Under the pieces are notes generated by a model. The model had not been told where the DNA came from and did no database searches. It worked only from the letters and a program-made list of their open reading frames with translations. This document shows, one piece after another, positions 39,270-52,755 of a stretch of DNA of 64,000 nucleotides. Numbering within the stretch: position 1 is the first letter of the stretch; each line of letters begins with the position of its first letter. Source of the stretch: Eledone cirrhosa (Eukaryota); contig OZ024750.1 in NCBI GenBank assembly GCA_964016885.1, positions 36,146,001-36,210,000 of the forward strand, read 5' to 3'. The position numbers were made by a program, and so were the translations under genes.

Positions 39270-41450
39270 TATTTTTATTATGCATTATTACTGCTTTACT
39301 GAGCACAGCTCTGTGTGCCTTGGGTATGTGCAGTGTAGTTTTTGCTGATGTGGTTTCTATTGTATTGATAGTACTTTTCGTAATAAGTGTGCAGTGCCTA
39401 GTAGTGCTATCTTTTGTAAGTCCTGGGTTTTGGTTATGTATTTGTCTGTGTGATTTTTTATCATTCCTAGAGCACCGATTATTGTAGGTATCATTTCTGT
39501 TTTCATTTTCCAGATTTGTGTTATTTTTCTATCTCTAAATCTTTATATTTGGAGAGTTTCTCTATTTCCTTGGAAGATATATTGTTATCTGTGGGGATTG
39601 ATACATCTATTAGAATGCATTTGTTTCCTTTGTGGTCTTGGACTATGATATCTGGTCAGTTGGCCTTGATCTCTCTGGCTGTATGTAATGGCATATCCCA
39701 GAGAATGGTTGCTTTGTCATTCTCTGACACTTTTTCTGGTGTTGTTTGTACCATCTTTTGTCTGTTGATATTTCATAATGCTGGCATAATTTCCAGTGTA
39801 TGAAGGTCCCAATGCCTGTGGTTATATTCTTTTTTGGCTAGAGCTGGGCATCCAGAGACTATGCGGTTGATTGTTTCTTCCCTATCTCCACATATTGATT
39901 GTTTCTTCTCTATCTCCACATATTCTATAATTACTTATTGTGCTTTGTTTCATCTGGGAGTAGACTCTGGTCCTGTGCTACAATTAGAAATCCTTCCATC
40001 TCAGAACCAGTTTTGTGTGCTTTCTTTGCCTACTTCCTTTCTATTTAACTTTTTTGAGTATTGACCATGTAAGGATTTCTCTTGTCATCGTTTTAACATG
40101 GCATTCTGGATGTCAGTTTTCAATTTAAATTTTATGTCTTTCACAATTTCTGTTGTTTTTTCTTTGTTTTCATTTTCCTTACAATTATCTCTTAGTCTGG
40201 TTTCTGATTTGAATTTTTTGGCTTCCTTGAAGAGCGAGAACAGTTTTTTGTTTTGTTCATGTTTTATGACTATTTGTATTAGCTTTCCTTTATTTTTTAT
40301 TATCCCTTAGCATTTAAACAGGCCATATCCGGCTAGAATTCTCTCACCTCTTTCTGTTTACACCAGCTGTGACCAGCTGCCCATACTGGCGTTAAGGTAT
40401 TGTTCTCAAAATAAATATCAAAATCTCATAGATTCAATACTAAGTGAGATATTTTGTAAGATAAAGCCTTTTTCACAAAATTACAATAGTATATATAAAG
40501 TAGTGCAAATGCTAAAGGGTTAAGTAGTTTGTAGTCCTACAGTAGTTATTTTATAAGAGTTTTCTAGTTGCATAAGGCCCCTTCCTCCTCGTGTTTTTGG
40601 TAGATATAATCTTTCAACGCCTGATTTTGGTTGGTGTATTCTAAATGTGGTCATTATTTTTCTTGTTTTTCTATCTATTTCAGCTAGTTCTTGTAGTGTC
40701 CAGTTCAGAATGTTAGTAGCTCATTACTGGGATTGCTAAAGTATTGATGACAATCACCTTATTCTTTGCATTTAGTTCAGTTTTGAGTATTAACCTAATT
40801 TTTCTGTAGTATTCTTTTCTAATCTTTTCTTTGATCTCTGTGCGTTGAATCTTGTCTAGATCGTTGATTGTTAAATATTTCTATGTCTGAGTTTGATCTA
40901 TTTCTCTTATTTCTGTTTCTTTATCTAACATATTATTGTTTTTCACTAGTTTCCCTCTCTTCAGAGTTGCCTTGGCACATTTTTCTAATCCAAATTTCAT
41001 ACTTATTTCTTTTGTGAATCCGTGTACAGTTTGGAGCAGTGTTTGGAGTTGTTTTTCATTTGTAGCATACAGCTTCAGATGATCCATATAGAGGAGATAG
41101 TTAATTTTCCTATTGTAGCATTTATACCCTAGCCCAGTTCTGTTTAGTGTTTCAGATAGTGGTGTTAATGTTAGGCAGAAAAGCAGTGGTGATAGGGAGT
41201 CTCCTTGGAATATGCCTCTGTTGATTGGGATAGGCTCTGTTTTTATTGTTTTATCCTTTGTTTGTATCAGCAGAATTGTTTCCATTTACTCATGGCATGT
41301 TTGATAAATGTTGTTATTTTAGCTATTTTATTCATGGCTAGTGTGTTGAGTATCCATATATGGGGAACACTGTCAAATGTGTTTTGGTAATCAATGCAAG
41401 CCATAGTGAGGTTTTTTTTTTTTTTATGCAGTTTTCAGTTATGGCTTTAT
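39270..41450 (-). mobile_element. R4/Dong-clade non-LTR retrotransposon fragment (RT plus RLE), interrupted by a MITE
   Basis: RGIFQGDSLSPLLFCL, LLYMDHLKLYA, MKFGLEKCAK; RLE motif PDIIVQDHKGNKCILIDVSIP...KLSKYKDL. Confidence 0.88.
40303..40523. mobile_element. piggyBac-like MITE nested in the R4-type element
   Basis: CCCTTAGCATTT ... AAATGCTAAAGGGTTAA. Confidence 0.82.
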
Positions 41451-41529
41451 GTAGTCGATAAAATAAAGTACCATATTATTATAATCATTACATGATATTT
41501 TAGTAAGGGAGCAGTCAACAACGAATCAA

Positions 41530-42340
41530 CTAAGGTCTCTCACTGCATCATCTCATGTGTTTTACAAAGACAAGACATTCTTTAAAACCCTTGCTTCTAC
41601 CAACAATTGGTATCTTCTGCATAACCTGTAAATTTGCATCAATTCTGAGTTTATTGACACAGCCCTCAAAACTGTCCGATATATATCCCAACACCACTGG
41701 AATTACTAAAACCTTCTTCATCCCCACACAACTTTCCAACCTCCCCCTTCAGTGGCTCATACTTCTCCATCTTTTCATGCTCCTTCATCATCATCATCAT
41801 CATTTCATTTTACATCCACTTTTTCCCTGCTTGCAAGGGTGGGACGGGAACTGATTCTGGCTTGATTTCTACAGCTGGATGCCCTTCCTAACACCAACCT
41901 CATTTACAGTGAGTGCTGGGTGCTTTTTTGCTGTGGCACCTCCACGACCACTTTGCAGTGGAATGATAGGGACCCCAGTCCTATCATCTCATTTCTACAG
42001 CTGAGTAAACTGGAGCAATGTGAAAGTGTCTTGCTCAAGGAAACAACACATCACCCGGTCCGAGAATTGAACTCGCAACCTTTTGATTGCAAGCCCAATG
42101 CTCTAACCACTAAGCCATGTGCCTTCAGAGATGTTATGGATAAAAAATATGAAACAACATCTCTGTCTGATGACCAATCCAGACGTATATTAATGCCTGG
42201 GATCCAGAAACCCTTGGCAATGGAGCAGTTACACCTTGTGGTGTTCATTATACTATTTGCTGGGGCAGATATATCGATAATTTGGGCCACTTTTTTCTTT
42301 GTGTTCACAACTAAAATGTTTGGACTTCTTGCCTCAATCA
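41530..42340 (-). mobile_element. second R4-type RLE fragment interrupted by SINE A (41785-42126)
   Basis: RSPNILVVNTKKKVAQIIDISAP and VIPVVLGYI...QVMQK. Confidence 0.7.
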
Positions 42341-42475
42341 TTTATTGCACTATTATTATCAGGCTAAATAATTTCTTTAATTTCTTTAGTCAAAATACGG
42401 CGATAGCTTACATTTACAATAATTTCAAAACCCGCCCGCTGTTTCGAAATAAAAAAAAATATATATATATATATA

Positions 42476-42665
42476 ACGAAGGAAATGTGGTAAGGAACCA
42501 GGTGGACCATAACGCACCAAAGTACTCAATACTTAGGGTAGTAGAGTGGGTAATAGGAACGAGTAGGACCCCGACAGCTGAGCTCAAGCCGTTTCGACGG
42601 CTAATTCCGTCCAGAATTAGCCGTCGAAACGGCTTGAGCTCAGCTGTCGGGGTCCTATTCGTTCC

Positions 42666-42668
<3 letters not shown>
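42476..42668. mobile_element. Penelope-type terminal module folded back as a 55-bp inverted repeat, between (TA)n tracts
   Basis: Arms 42553-42607 and 42614-42668; hammerhead stem II plus GAAAC remnant; TTGAGTAC box (minus) at 42522-42529. Confidence 0.7.
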
Positions 42669-42716
<48 letters not shown>

Positions 42717-42871
42717 TTTTTTATTAATTTTCATGATTCCAATTTTTTGTTCATCTAATTAAGTAGTAATCAATTATGTATCTGCTTAACATTTGGATGA
42801 AACATGCGTTAATTTATTAAAATGTGATATAATTAACCGTTTTGGTCTTGTGTACTATTATTATTATTATT

Positions 42872-43870
42872 GTTGATTGTCAGTATCGGTAGATGGTTGG
42901 ACGCCATGCTTTGCAGCATAGCTACGTCCCTTTACGATCTGAGTTCAAATCCCACCGAGGTTAACTTTGCCTTTCATCCTTACAGGGCCGATAAAGTAAA
43001 GTACCAGTAATGTACTGGATGATTGCTGGCTTTGTGCCAAAAGTAGAAACAATTTTTTATTAATGTTGGATTGGCAGTATCGGTAGAGCGTCAGACACCA
43101 TGCTTTGCAACATAGAGTTACAACCCTTTATGTTCTGAGTTTAAATCCAACCAATGTTAACATTGTCTTTCATCCTTACAGGGTTGATAAAATAAAGTAC
43201 CAGTAATGTACTGGGTCGATTTAATCTACTTTCCCCTCTCCCCAATTTGCTGGCCTTGTGCCAAAAGTAGAAACAATTATTATTATTATTATTATTTTTG
43301 TGGCCCTTTACATTCTGAGTTCAAATCCTGCTTTCATTCTTATGTGGTCGATAAAATAAAGTACCAGTCACGCACTGGGGTTGATTTAATCGACTTCTCC
43401 TCCCCTCAAAATGGCTGACCTTGTGCCTAAATCAGAAACCATTATTATGCGGTGATTGGCAGTATCGGTAGAGGGACATACATAGTTATGGCCCTTTATG
43501 GTTTGAATCCAAATTCCGTCGAGGTTAACTTTGCCTGTCATCCTTACGGGGTCGATAAAATAAAGTACCAGTAATACACTGGTGTAATTGCTAGCCTTGT
43601 GTCAAAAGTAGAAACAATTATTATTATTATTTGTTTTTGTGTTCACAACTAAAATGTTTTGTGCTCACAACTAAAAGGGTGGTAGATTTGCAGTATCGGT
43701 AGAGGGTCGGCCGCTATGCTTTGACGCATAGAGTTACGGCCCTTGTCATTCTGAGTTCAAATCCCGCCAAGGTTAACTTTGCCTTTCATCCTTACAGGGT
43801 CGATAAAATAAAGTACCAGTAATGCACTGGGTAATTGCTGGCCTTGTGCCTAAAGTAGAAACAATTATTA
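42872..43870 (+). mobile_element. cluster of about 5 co-oriented SINE B copies
   Basis: Family B units starting at about 42875, 43067, 43300, 43450 and 43680, joined by (ATT)n tails. Confidence 0.9.
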
Positions 43871-45024
43871 CTTGTTTTTTTTTTTTTTCATTACAACTGA
43901 ATCTCTTTTAATGAAGTGAACCAAATAGCCTTATGTTAGCGTAACGATCTTTATTTAGTTATGTATATCTATATTTGATACCTGTATGCTGACTAACATG
44001 CAATATGGTGTTGTAAGGATATGAAAGGATATTACAAATAAGAACCAACAAAAAAATATATAGAAAAACAAAAAGCACCACATAACATGTTGGCTTCATT
44101 ATTTAATTATTTTACTGTTGAAATATTGTTTTTGATTTAGAAGAAAAAAAAAAAAAAGCATCAAACCATATTTTAATACTATAGGGTGAACTGTTATTTC
44201 ATTTGATCTGATGAAGTGTATTAAGTACATCACACCTGGAATAAATGGCAATAATGTTCGAGTGGATTAAAAAATTAAAAAATAAAAATTGGATGACATC
44301 AAAGAATTTCTGTCTTCATTTTGTTTAAAGAAAGAAATTTTAATTGATGATTTATACTAAAAAAAAAAAAAAAAAAAGCACACACACACACAGAATCCCC
44401 CCCCCCCCCCCAAAAAAAAATAAACGGAAACAAAAATGCTTTTTGCAAAATTCTGTTGACTTGTTCTCTCTCTCTCTCTCTGTGTTAGACTTTCTATAAT
44501 GTCATTGTTAATGTTTCACATTTAGAAGTTGCTTTCCAAGAAGAATCTTAACAACAATGGCACAATTGAGAATGTTACAATGATGTGTTATTACTTCTAA
44601 CTTGAGAATGTTTCACAATATTTTGTTGTTCTCTTTTCAGATGAAAGTTTTACTTCTGCTTTTCTATTTTCTATTCATTTTGTGTGTGCGTGGAGGGGGG
44701 TGGGTGGAAGGGGAGGGGGTTAATTTGATTTCTTAACTTAAAATTAGAAATTTGTTCTATGTGGTTTCATGTTTCATTTAAACATACAAATATGTCAGAA
44801 TTATGCATGGAAAATAGATATTTTGGTGGTGATGACACACACACATACACATATATATATATTTGTTTTGCAAGGCTTTTGATATGAAACCATGTGTTCA
44901 AACACAAATTGTTATATTTGGGGAGGGTCATATTGTTATAATATTGCCAGAAATATATAATAAAACACACTCACTGTTTGGTTTGGGTTGGTTTTCGCTT
45001 CTCTATATTTTATATCCCTTTAGT

Positions 45025-47750
45025 TAATTTAGCTGAATCCCAGGCTATTGGAATATCTGCTCCTTATTCTAGATGTGAAAGACAGGACCTTTGGCACCAC
45101 ACAGTGCCGTCCTGTTCGGGGGTTGGTCCAGCTCTCAATGCCAAAGTTTGATGCTAGTCCCTCCAGGATTTTCCTTATGTATATCACTGTGTATCTCTCC
45201 CATCTTTGTTCCAATGAGTAGAGTTTTAGTTCTTTTAGCCTCTCCCAGTAACTTATCTCCTTCATCGTGGAAAACCTCTTGGTGTAGCTTCATTGAATTG
45301 CCTCAAGCTCTGTGGTTAGTTTGATACTATGGGGTGACCATAGTTAGGAGCAGTAGTCCAGTTGGCTTAGGACAAATATCCTCCATAGTATCAACATGGT
45401 CTCTTGGTATCTTGTCTGGAAATTCCTCAAGATCCAGCCAGCGAGTCATCTGCACATTGTCGCTACCATCATGATGTATGAAAAAAAAGATGCATCGTCG
45501 CTCATGTCTATTCCCAGGTCTTGTATCGATTTTGACACAGGGATTTCGATCCCTCCTGGTCCAATGTAGCTGCTTTGTACTGTCTTCGTGTTAGCAGTTT
45601 GGTATTGTAGGGCTTGAAATTTTCCAGCATTAAACTGCACGTTGTTGTCCTTAGCCCATTTGCATATGGCATCCAGGTCTTACTGTAAAGGGGCAGCATC
45701 ATCCGGGTTTTGATTTCTTGTGCTACCTTTGTGTCATCAGATGGTGATGGATGTTGTATGTACTACAGAGGGCATGTCTGAGAGACCCACCAAAAACAGT
45801 AGTGGTCCTAAGACTGTGCCCTGGGGCACCCCACTTGTTATTTATGTTTCCTTGGAGAGGGCCCCAGTGGCTGCAACTATCTGGCTTCTGTCTTTTAAAA
45901 AGTCCTGCAGCCGCTCACCTACTTTTCCAGTCATGCCGAGTCTGTGTAGTTAGTGACATATCATTCTGTGGTCGACCTTGTCAAAGGCCTTCGCAAAGTC
46001 AAGATATATCAAGTCAGAACATTCTCACCTCTTGTTGGGAGGAGTACTGCTTGTTCCATGAACAGCCTGTGTGTGAGGGCCAGCAGGGACTATGTCTGTC
46101 TCTGTTCGAGTGATGTCATTCCAAGGAGGAGGTGGCCCTGAGGCCATTTGACCTTTGGTAGGTTAAAGTCTCCCAGCAGCAGAATGTTGAGACCCTAGTC
46201 CAGTTTGTCAAGGACTTCTTCCATCCTTCTGAGACTATCTTCAAACTTACATTCATAACTAGAGGCGTTGGGTGTCCGATATGTGACACATTATCATTTT
46301 CAGTTGCTTCATATGTATGATCAGTGTGTCACCAACTGAGTTTGAATGAGTCAACAGTACAATGGGTGTGACATCTTCATAGATGTACAGGGAAACCCCA
46401 CTATGTTTGAATGAAATACAGTATACTTTCGTATATGTATTTCTGCATCTGTTATACTGCTTGTCAGGTGCGTTTCAGTTAGTGCCATGCATATTTGTTG
46501 ATTGCTTATGGTTAGCTAAGTCCCTCAGGTACAGAATTTTATTTATATTGGTGAGTTTCACCAGGCCTCTGACATTCAACAGCAGCACTGGTGTGACATT
46601 TGGGGTGTCAGCAATGGCTGTCGGTGTGGCACCTGGCCTGGTGTCAGCGGCGGCCACCCTGGGTTCCTTGATTGTGGTGGTCTTGAGTGCTGGTGTGAGT
46701 GACCCTGGCTCTGCAAAATATGTAGCCAAGTCAGTTGTCCCACAATCCTCTCCGCCATTTCTAAAAAATTATTTTGCTCCGCTGCCGGCGTCTGTATTTC
46801 ATCTGCATATGTGTGCTTTCTCTTCTTTGTTGGGGCAGCACGCTCGACATCAGCATACTTCTGGGCAGCTTGCATTGGTTTTGGCTGGGACAACTTGGGT
46901 GAGTAGGTTGGGCATAGCTCACCTGGGGCCTGAGGTGAGTGAACCTACTGCCTATTTCTGTTTCTCCATGCCAGCAGGTCCCGTTCCAGAAGAACTTGCA
47001 TGTTACCTGGGTTTTTTTCTCCCAGTATCTCGACGCCTTCTGTTCTTCCCTTGGACAGTTGTCCACTGGTCCCTTTTTGCTTGGATACTTTCCTTCAGCT
47101 GGTGATTTCTTGTTTCACCTTTACCGCATACCTGTTGTTCTGCCTTCTTTGACTGAGGCAGTGGGTATCTCATTTGTGGTTGTTCTCAGATCTTTCTTTG
47201 TCTCCATAGACCCTTTGTGGTCAGTGTTTATGTTTTCTTTCTTTTCTTTTTCTCTGTCTTCTTCCTCCTTGAGGACACAGCTTAGCAAGGCCATGTGTGG
47301 CACTGTTGGGGTATAGGCCCTCTCCTCCTTTTCCTCTCTATTTGCGCCAAAGTCCACAGAAAGCCATAGCTCTTCAAGGTTTCCGCAATTATTTTGGTTG
47401 GCGGTGACCCACCAGCCAGGCTCCGTCCTTTGATCAGCAACTCCAGTTCTATCTTTGTCCAATTTCGTTGGCTTCTATTTGCATTTCCTCCTTGCATGCA
47501 GTCCATTTCGCTGTAGAGGGGAGAGAGAGAGAGAGGGGAGGGTAGGGAGAAATTTAAATTGAGAGAGAGAGAGAGAGAGACTGTGAGTGGTAGGGAGAAA
47601 GTTAAAGCAAGAGAGAGAGAGAGAAGAGGGAGAAAGCGTGAAAAATCCCAGGACTGGGAGAGATCCAGGGACTGAGAGGGAGAGAGAACGGGGAGCGAAA
47701 AGAGAACCATCAACAGAGAGAGAGGATTATGCTTAGTGACTTGAACAAAC
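45025..47750 (-). mobile_element. CR1/L2-group LINE, internally deleted (ORF1 zinc-finger remnant, APE, RT)
   Basis: CKFFWNGTCWHG; VLLLNVRGL; NILLLGDFNLP; YLDFAKAFDKVDH; GVPQGTVLGPLLFL; MQFNAGKFQ; YWERLKELKLYSLE; CT-rich 5' end. Confidence 0.88.
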
Positions 47751-48371
47751 AAACGTTAATTATAATTATTAGTATACTTCTTTAAATATTATTTGAGACA
47801 CTTCAAAAAACAGGTGTTCACGAAAAATTTAAATAAATAAAAATAAAATAAAATCACGTGGATTCAAATAGATAAATATTATGATTTTAACGATTATTAC
47901 TGTGAGTTTTAATTATTAGGTATCAAGTACTAGAGCGTGTTTGTTTACAATATACATTTCACAGATACTAAATAAATTTAAATTATATATCGGGTAACAT
48001 ACATATATTATATATTTGATAATAATTATAATAATATCAATAAACAAAAACGAAAACCAATAGGCATATAACAAATATACTCACTAAATTACTTAACTAA
48101 ATTTCTATATTTTTTTACGAGAGACAACACATGTTTCATCAAAATGATAAATAAAAATATCAAAGACAAAATAACTCTTTTAAAATGGAAAATATTTTGA
48201 AAAATAAAGACACAGAAAAATAATTACTTATCTTTTACAGGGAATTTGGGTTCAAATAACAGAAGTGGTCAAGTAATTTTTGAGATGTTTTAGGAACAGA
48301 GCAGAAGAAAACCACATCATGCGTCTAAGCAATCCAGCTGTATATATGTATAATATATATATATATATATT

Positions 48372-48800
48372 ATGTCGGGTCACTCTTGAGTGCTACTGGT
48401 AACATGTAACCCAGTACAACCTGTCGCATGGTCGGGTTGTTGGCGACTAAACCGTCAACGCCACCAACTTTACTTGGTGAGGAGAGTGATTTTGGACACC
48501 CTGCAGGACAAAAATCAAAACCTGACGAAGGGCGGAAGAACTCATACGAGTCAACGGCCATCCAAAAGTGTGTAAATATGTATATACACATGTACCACGC
48601 GGTTAAACCTTTGTCAGGGCATTCTTCTAGGAGAAGGCAACTCAGGAAACTGGGATAACTCCGATATAAAACCTGCAGCTCAGTAGTTACCGATGATATT
48701 GATCTTTTCTTCTTTTCGGGTTATAGCTACTGTCGCTCAGAGAATGGGATTGGCTCAGTGCACAGTCTTTCCTCACTTAAAAAAAATATCTTCACACACA
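48372..48800 (+). mobile_element. probable LINE (RTE-type) 5' UTR fragment
   Basis: GC-rich island after (TA)n with GGCGACTAA and GGAGAAGGCAACTC motifs resembling RTE 5' ends; no ORF. Confidence 0.4.
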
Positions 48801-49249
48801 GGCAGTACACGATAGAATTAATTAATAATTCTTAATAGTGGTATATCACACACACATACATACACACATATATATAATCAAGCAATTAAAACTTAGGATC
48901 AATAATTGAATGGAATGAAGTGCACCAGAATGGCTAATTTAAAAGCCTGTATTCCAACATCCCAGTGGCCCGTTTCTAGACTCGCGCGCACACACACACA
49001 CATGCACATGCATATATCACACACATATTTTCCCTTTTTATTATATACATATTCGCACACACCTTTCACTACAAAAATTTACATACAAGCATCCCACTAA
49101 GCACATTTACATTCACGCACACACATGCATATATCAAACACTTTTCTGCAGTCATTTCACAATGCACACGTTCGGAATTTTAATGTCTTTTCATTTCATT
49201 TAACTTAAATCTGCTTTCCAAAGAAGTCAACTTCGATTGATCCTTTAAG

Positions 49250-49430
49250 TCCCATATAGGGATACTCCTTTAATAATGGGTTTTTAAACCCGAAAATATT
49301 TGGGACTAATAAATTTGCTAAGGTAAGATTCTTTTACAATTTTAATTTTCTTTCATGTGCATTGTTTGGTTTTCAAAATTATTAAAATTTGTTTCCTATT
49401 CAACAATGCTTCAAGCAAACTACAACACTC
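49250..49430 (+). mobile_element. decayed copy of the PLE terminal repeat
   Basis: TTAATAA (decayed CTGATGA)-GGGTTT/AAACCC-GAAAATATT; downstream AATGCTTCAAGCAAACTA shared with about 29422 and 61261. Confidence 0.6.
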
Positions 49431-49643
49431 TGATATATATGTATGTGTATCATCATCATCATCGTTTAATGTCCATCTTCCACGCTAGCATGGGTTGGAC
49501 TGGTTTGTCCCATTTGAGGCAAGATTGGTTGGGTGACCATGTCTCACTTGTTTAGAACTGTTTCTGGCAGGTTTTCTATGGCTGGATGCCCTTCCTAACG
49601 CCATACCCCCCCCCCCACACACACACATATATATACACACAAA

Positions 49644-49677
<34 letters not shown>

Positions 49678-49804
49678 TATGTATATAGCGGTACAAAACT
49701 GGGAGGCTATTTACGAAGTTGGTAGAGCACTCAGTCCAAAAGACAAGTCCAGTATAGAGTTAGTTCTGCAATGGCTTGCTTATTTGTTGTGTAACTAACT
49801 AACT

Positions 49805-49876
<72 letters not shown>

Positions 49877-50106
49877 ATATATATATACATATATATAAAA
49901 TGGAGAAATGTCTGCCATGAAAGTATAAAGAATTTGAAAAAATCTTTGTGATCTAACATCTAACACCAAAATCTCTCAAACCTTTCACCCTGCTTGATGT
50001 GTAAATCAGCAGCTGAACTAAAGTGGCATTAAGGCTTAACCATAAAAAATTAACTGAGAAGACATTTCAACCCTCAGAAGTCGATATACAATGGGAGAGT
50101 CCAGTG

Positions 50107-50157
<51 letters not shown>

Positions 50158-50160
50158 GCG

Positions 50161-50405
50161 TGTGTCAAAAGTGACACAGAGGAGACTGAGGTTAGCTGGA
50201 CATGCTCACCGACATCCAGAGTTGACATTGCACTCAGTACTCCTTTGGGAGCCCCTACATGGACACACTAGACGAAGAAGACCAAGGTTAACGTATGTTG
50301 ATGCCCTAAGGTCTGTTGGAGACGCAGGACATGGCAGCGATAATGAGGGACAGAGACCACTGGAGAGAACTCGTCCATGGATCTCGGGAATTTTACCCGC
50401 CTTAG
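50161..50405 (+). mobile_element. RTE-like LINE 3' fragment
   Basis: Same family as 25902-26180. Confidence 0.85.
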
Positions 50406-50421
50406 ATAGATATATATATGT

Positions 50422-50717
50422 GGAGGCACGTGGCTTCGTGGTTAGAGCATTGGCCTTACAATCGAAAGGTTGTGATTCAATTCTCAGACCGGGTGATGCG
50501 TTGTTTCCTTGAACAAGACACTTTACTTCACATTGCTCCAGTTTACTCAGCTGCAAAGTGGTCGTGGAGGTGCCACGGCAAAAAAAAGCACCCAGCACTC
50601 ACTGTAAATGAGGTTGGTGTTAGGAAGGGCATCCAGCTGTAGAAATCAAGCCAGAATCAGTTCCCGTCCCACCCTTGCAAGCAGGGAAAAAGTGGACGTA
50701 AAATGAAATGAAATGAA
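50422..50717 (+). mobile_element. SINE family A with internal deletion
   Basis: Jumps from CAGCTG directly to CAAAGTGGTCG. Confidence 0.88.
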
Positions 50718-50744
50718 AATAAAATGAATATATATATATACAGG

Positions 50745-52098
50745 TAAAATAAAAAGTCATGTTCGGAGGAGCAGAATGTAAGGCTCTTACTATGCTAGGT
50801 AGCTCTGCCGAACATGAGTGTTACTGTTACTTTATTCTGCCCAAAAGGTCGAGTGAGATTGGTTTCCAAGAAACCGTGGAATTGCTTTCAAACATTTTTT
50901 GTGATAGAAGTTCATTGTTTAACACTAGAATGAAGTGTTGGAACTTAACAAAAAATGACAGCGAGGATTTTATCACCCTACGCCGCAGTAGTCAACCCTA
51001 TGTTCGAAAATTTCAAACTCCAGGATTTCACTCAGGATATTTTCAAATCACTTATCTTCATGCAAAGACTTATAGCACCTGAAGATAAAGAAAAGCGAGC
51101 AAGGATTCTCTTGAAAATGGAGCAAACAAACCTAGATTTATCTCTACAGACCATCGCAGATGAGTGTCAGACTATGGTAAATCTTAAATATTACGGGAAA
51201 AAAATACGAGATAAAGACTCTGCAGAAATTCAAAAAAAAAAAAAAAAGTGTCAGGCCTTAATCCATGTTATGGTTGTGGGGGCCTACACTATTGAAAGGA
51301 TTATCCATTTAAATACCAAAAATGTTGTCAGAAGCTGGGACGCAGGAGTTCTCACTGTAGAACAAGACTATGAGGCTCAAACACAAAAAAGTTCTAAGGT
51401 ATAAAAACAAGAAAATAGCTGTGGTATAACGGGCGATAAATTACATTTCTTGGGCAAAATATGTATCGACCTCACATTTCGTGGAGAGACACAATAAATT
51501 GGAAAACTGAGAGTGTGTAAAACAGCGAAAATAGCCATGGAAGAATTCTGTGAAATATTCAATGTACCAGTACCAAAAGTAGTAGAGTGCCGTAGAACCA
51601 GCATGAGAAAAAGAAAGCACACCGAACACCTTGAGATAATGCCCAAGTGAAAGAGATACTTAAATAAAAAAAAAAGCGTAAATGAAAAAAAATTTTCTTT
51701 ATTACTGTGGAAAACAAAATCTCAAAAGGGGAGATGTTGTGCGAGAATGTGATTCCCCACCCCGCCACCCCCGGCGAGAATGGGCTGGACCACAAGATAT
51801 AAATAGTAGTGGCCTGAGTAAGTGAAAAAGTTGGTAGTAGTTCCACAGTTGGTGTGTTGATAGTCAAAGTTGGAGTTCAAGTTCACAGTTCGAATTAGCA
51901 TGTTAGATTGTTGGTTCTTAAAAGATTGTTGTTCTGTTACGTGTGATTATTGCTGTTGGTTTCGATTATATTGTTATTACTCCGTTGCACTGATCCATAA
52001 GGACATAGTTACATAAATAAATAATATAATATTTTTGCTCTTTTCCCGATTGAGCACTGATTTCCTTTATCCTTTTCACACTTATGGATATTGCTACA
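50745..52098 (+). mobile_element. Ty3/Gypsy deletion derivative: gag remnant, PPT and 3' LTR
   Basis: gag-like AEHECYCYFILPK..ETVELLSNIF..SLFNTR..EDF..IFKSLIFMQ; knuckle PCYGCGGLH; PPT AAAAGGGGAGA then LTR TG...CA (51735-52098) with TATA-like and AATAAA motifs. Confidence 0.78.
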
Positions 52099-52142
52099 TA
52101 TATATATATATCATCATCATCGTTTATCATATTCTTTCCCTG

Positions 52143-52174
<32 letters not shown>

Positions 52175-52577
52175 TATATACAGCTTACACTGCAGGACTA
52201 TCTATTCATCAGCTATTAACTGGAAATCTCCACAATTTCAGCTGTCTTCTGACATTATCACTCTTTCCTTCAGTATCAAGCAGCATTAATTTTGGCAGGG
52301 AATGGCCAGGTTTTATGGACCATGATGTAGCACAATCCTCCCTTTTGTTATCCATGACACTAGCACCAGAATCATGATGCTGTCTTAACCACTTTTATAA
52401 TTCATTCATTATGATGTTTATTCTCTGATCTTTGTTAATGTTTCACTTAAATGCTTCTTTCAGATCGAACCTTGAGCTGATCAATAGCGAAATGCACATC
52501 ACTAATCAATAAACGCAATGAAGCCTTAACCAATCATCCTTGTATTATTATATATACATATATATATATAATAAAAA

Positions 52578-52700
52578 CAATAATAATAATTGTTTCTACT
52601 TTTGGTACAAGGCCAGCAATTACCCAGTACATTACTGGTACTTTATTTTATCGACCCCGTAAGGATGAAAGGCAAAGTTAACCTCAGCAGGATTTGAACT
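52578..52700 (-). mobile_element. SINE B, 5'-truncated
   Basis: Family B consensus. Confidence 0.85.
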
Positions 52701-52755
52701 ATAATAATATATAAGGGAACAAAGAATCAGTGTTGCATCATATACATATTTAATT

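Noticed and set aside
41920-42762. 280-aa ORF
   Set aside because: Chance read-through of SINE, antisense R4 fragment, palindrome and (TA)n
48515-48580. CTGACGA hammerhead candidate (also CTGANGA at 33190, 40970, 42167, 44208)
   Set aside because: Missing GAAA and/or no stem I or II pairing
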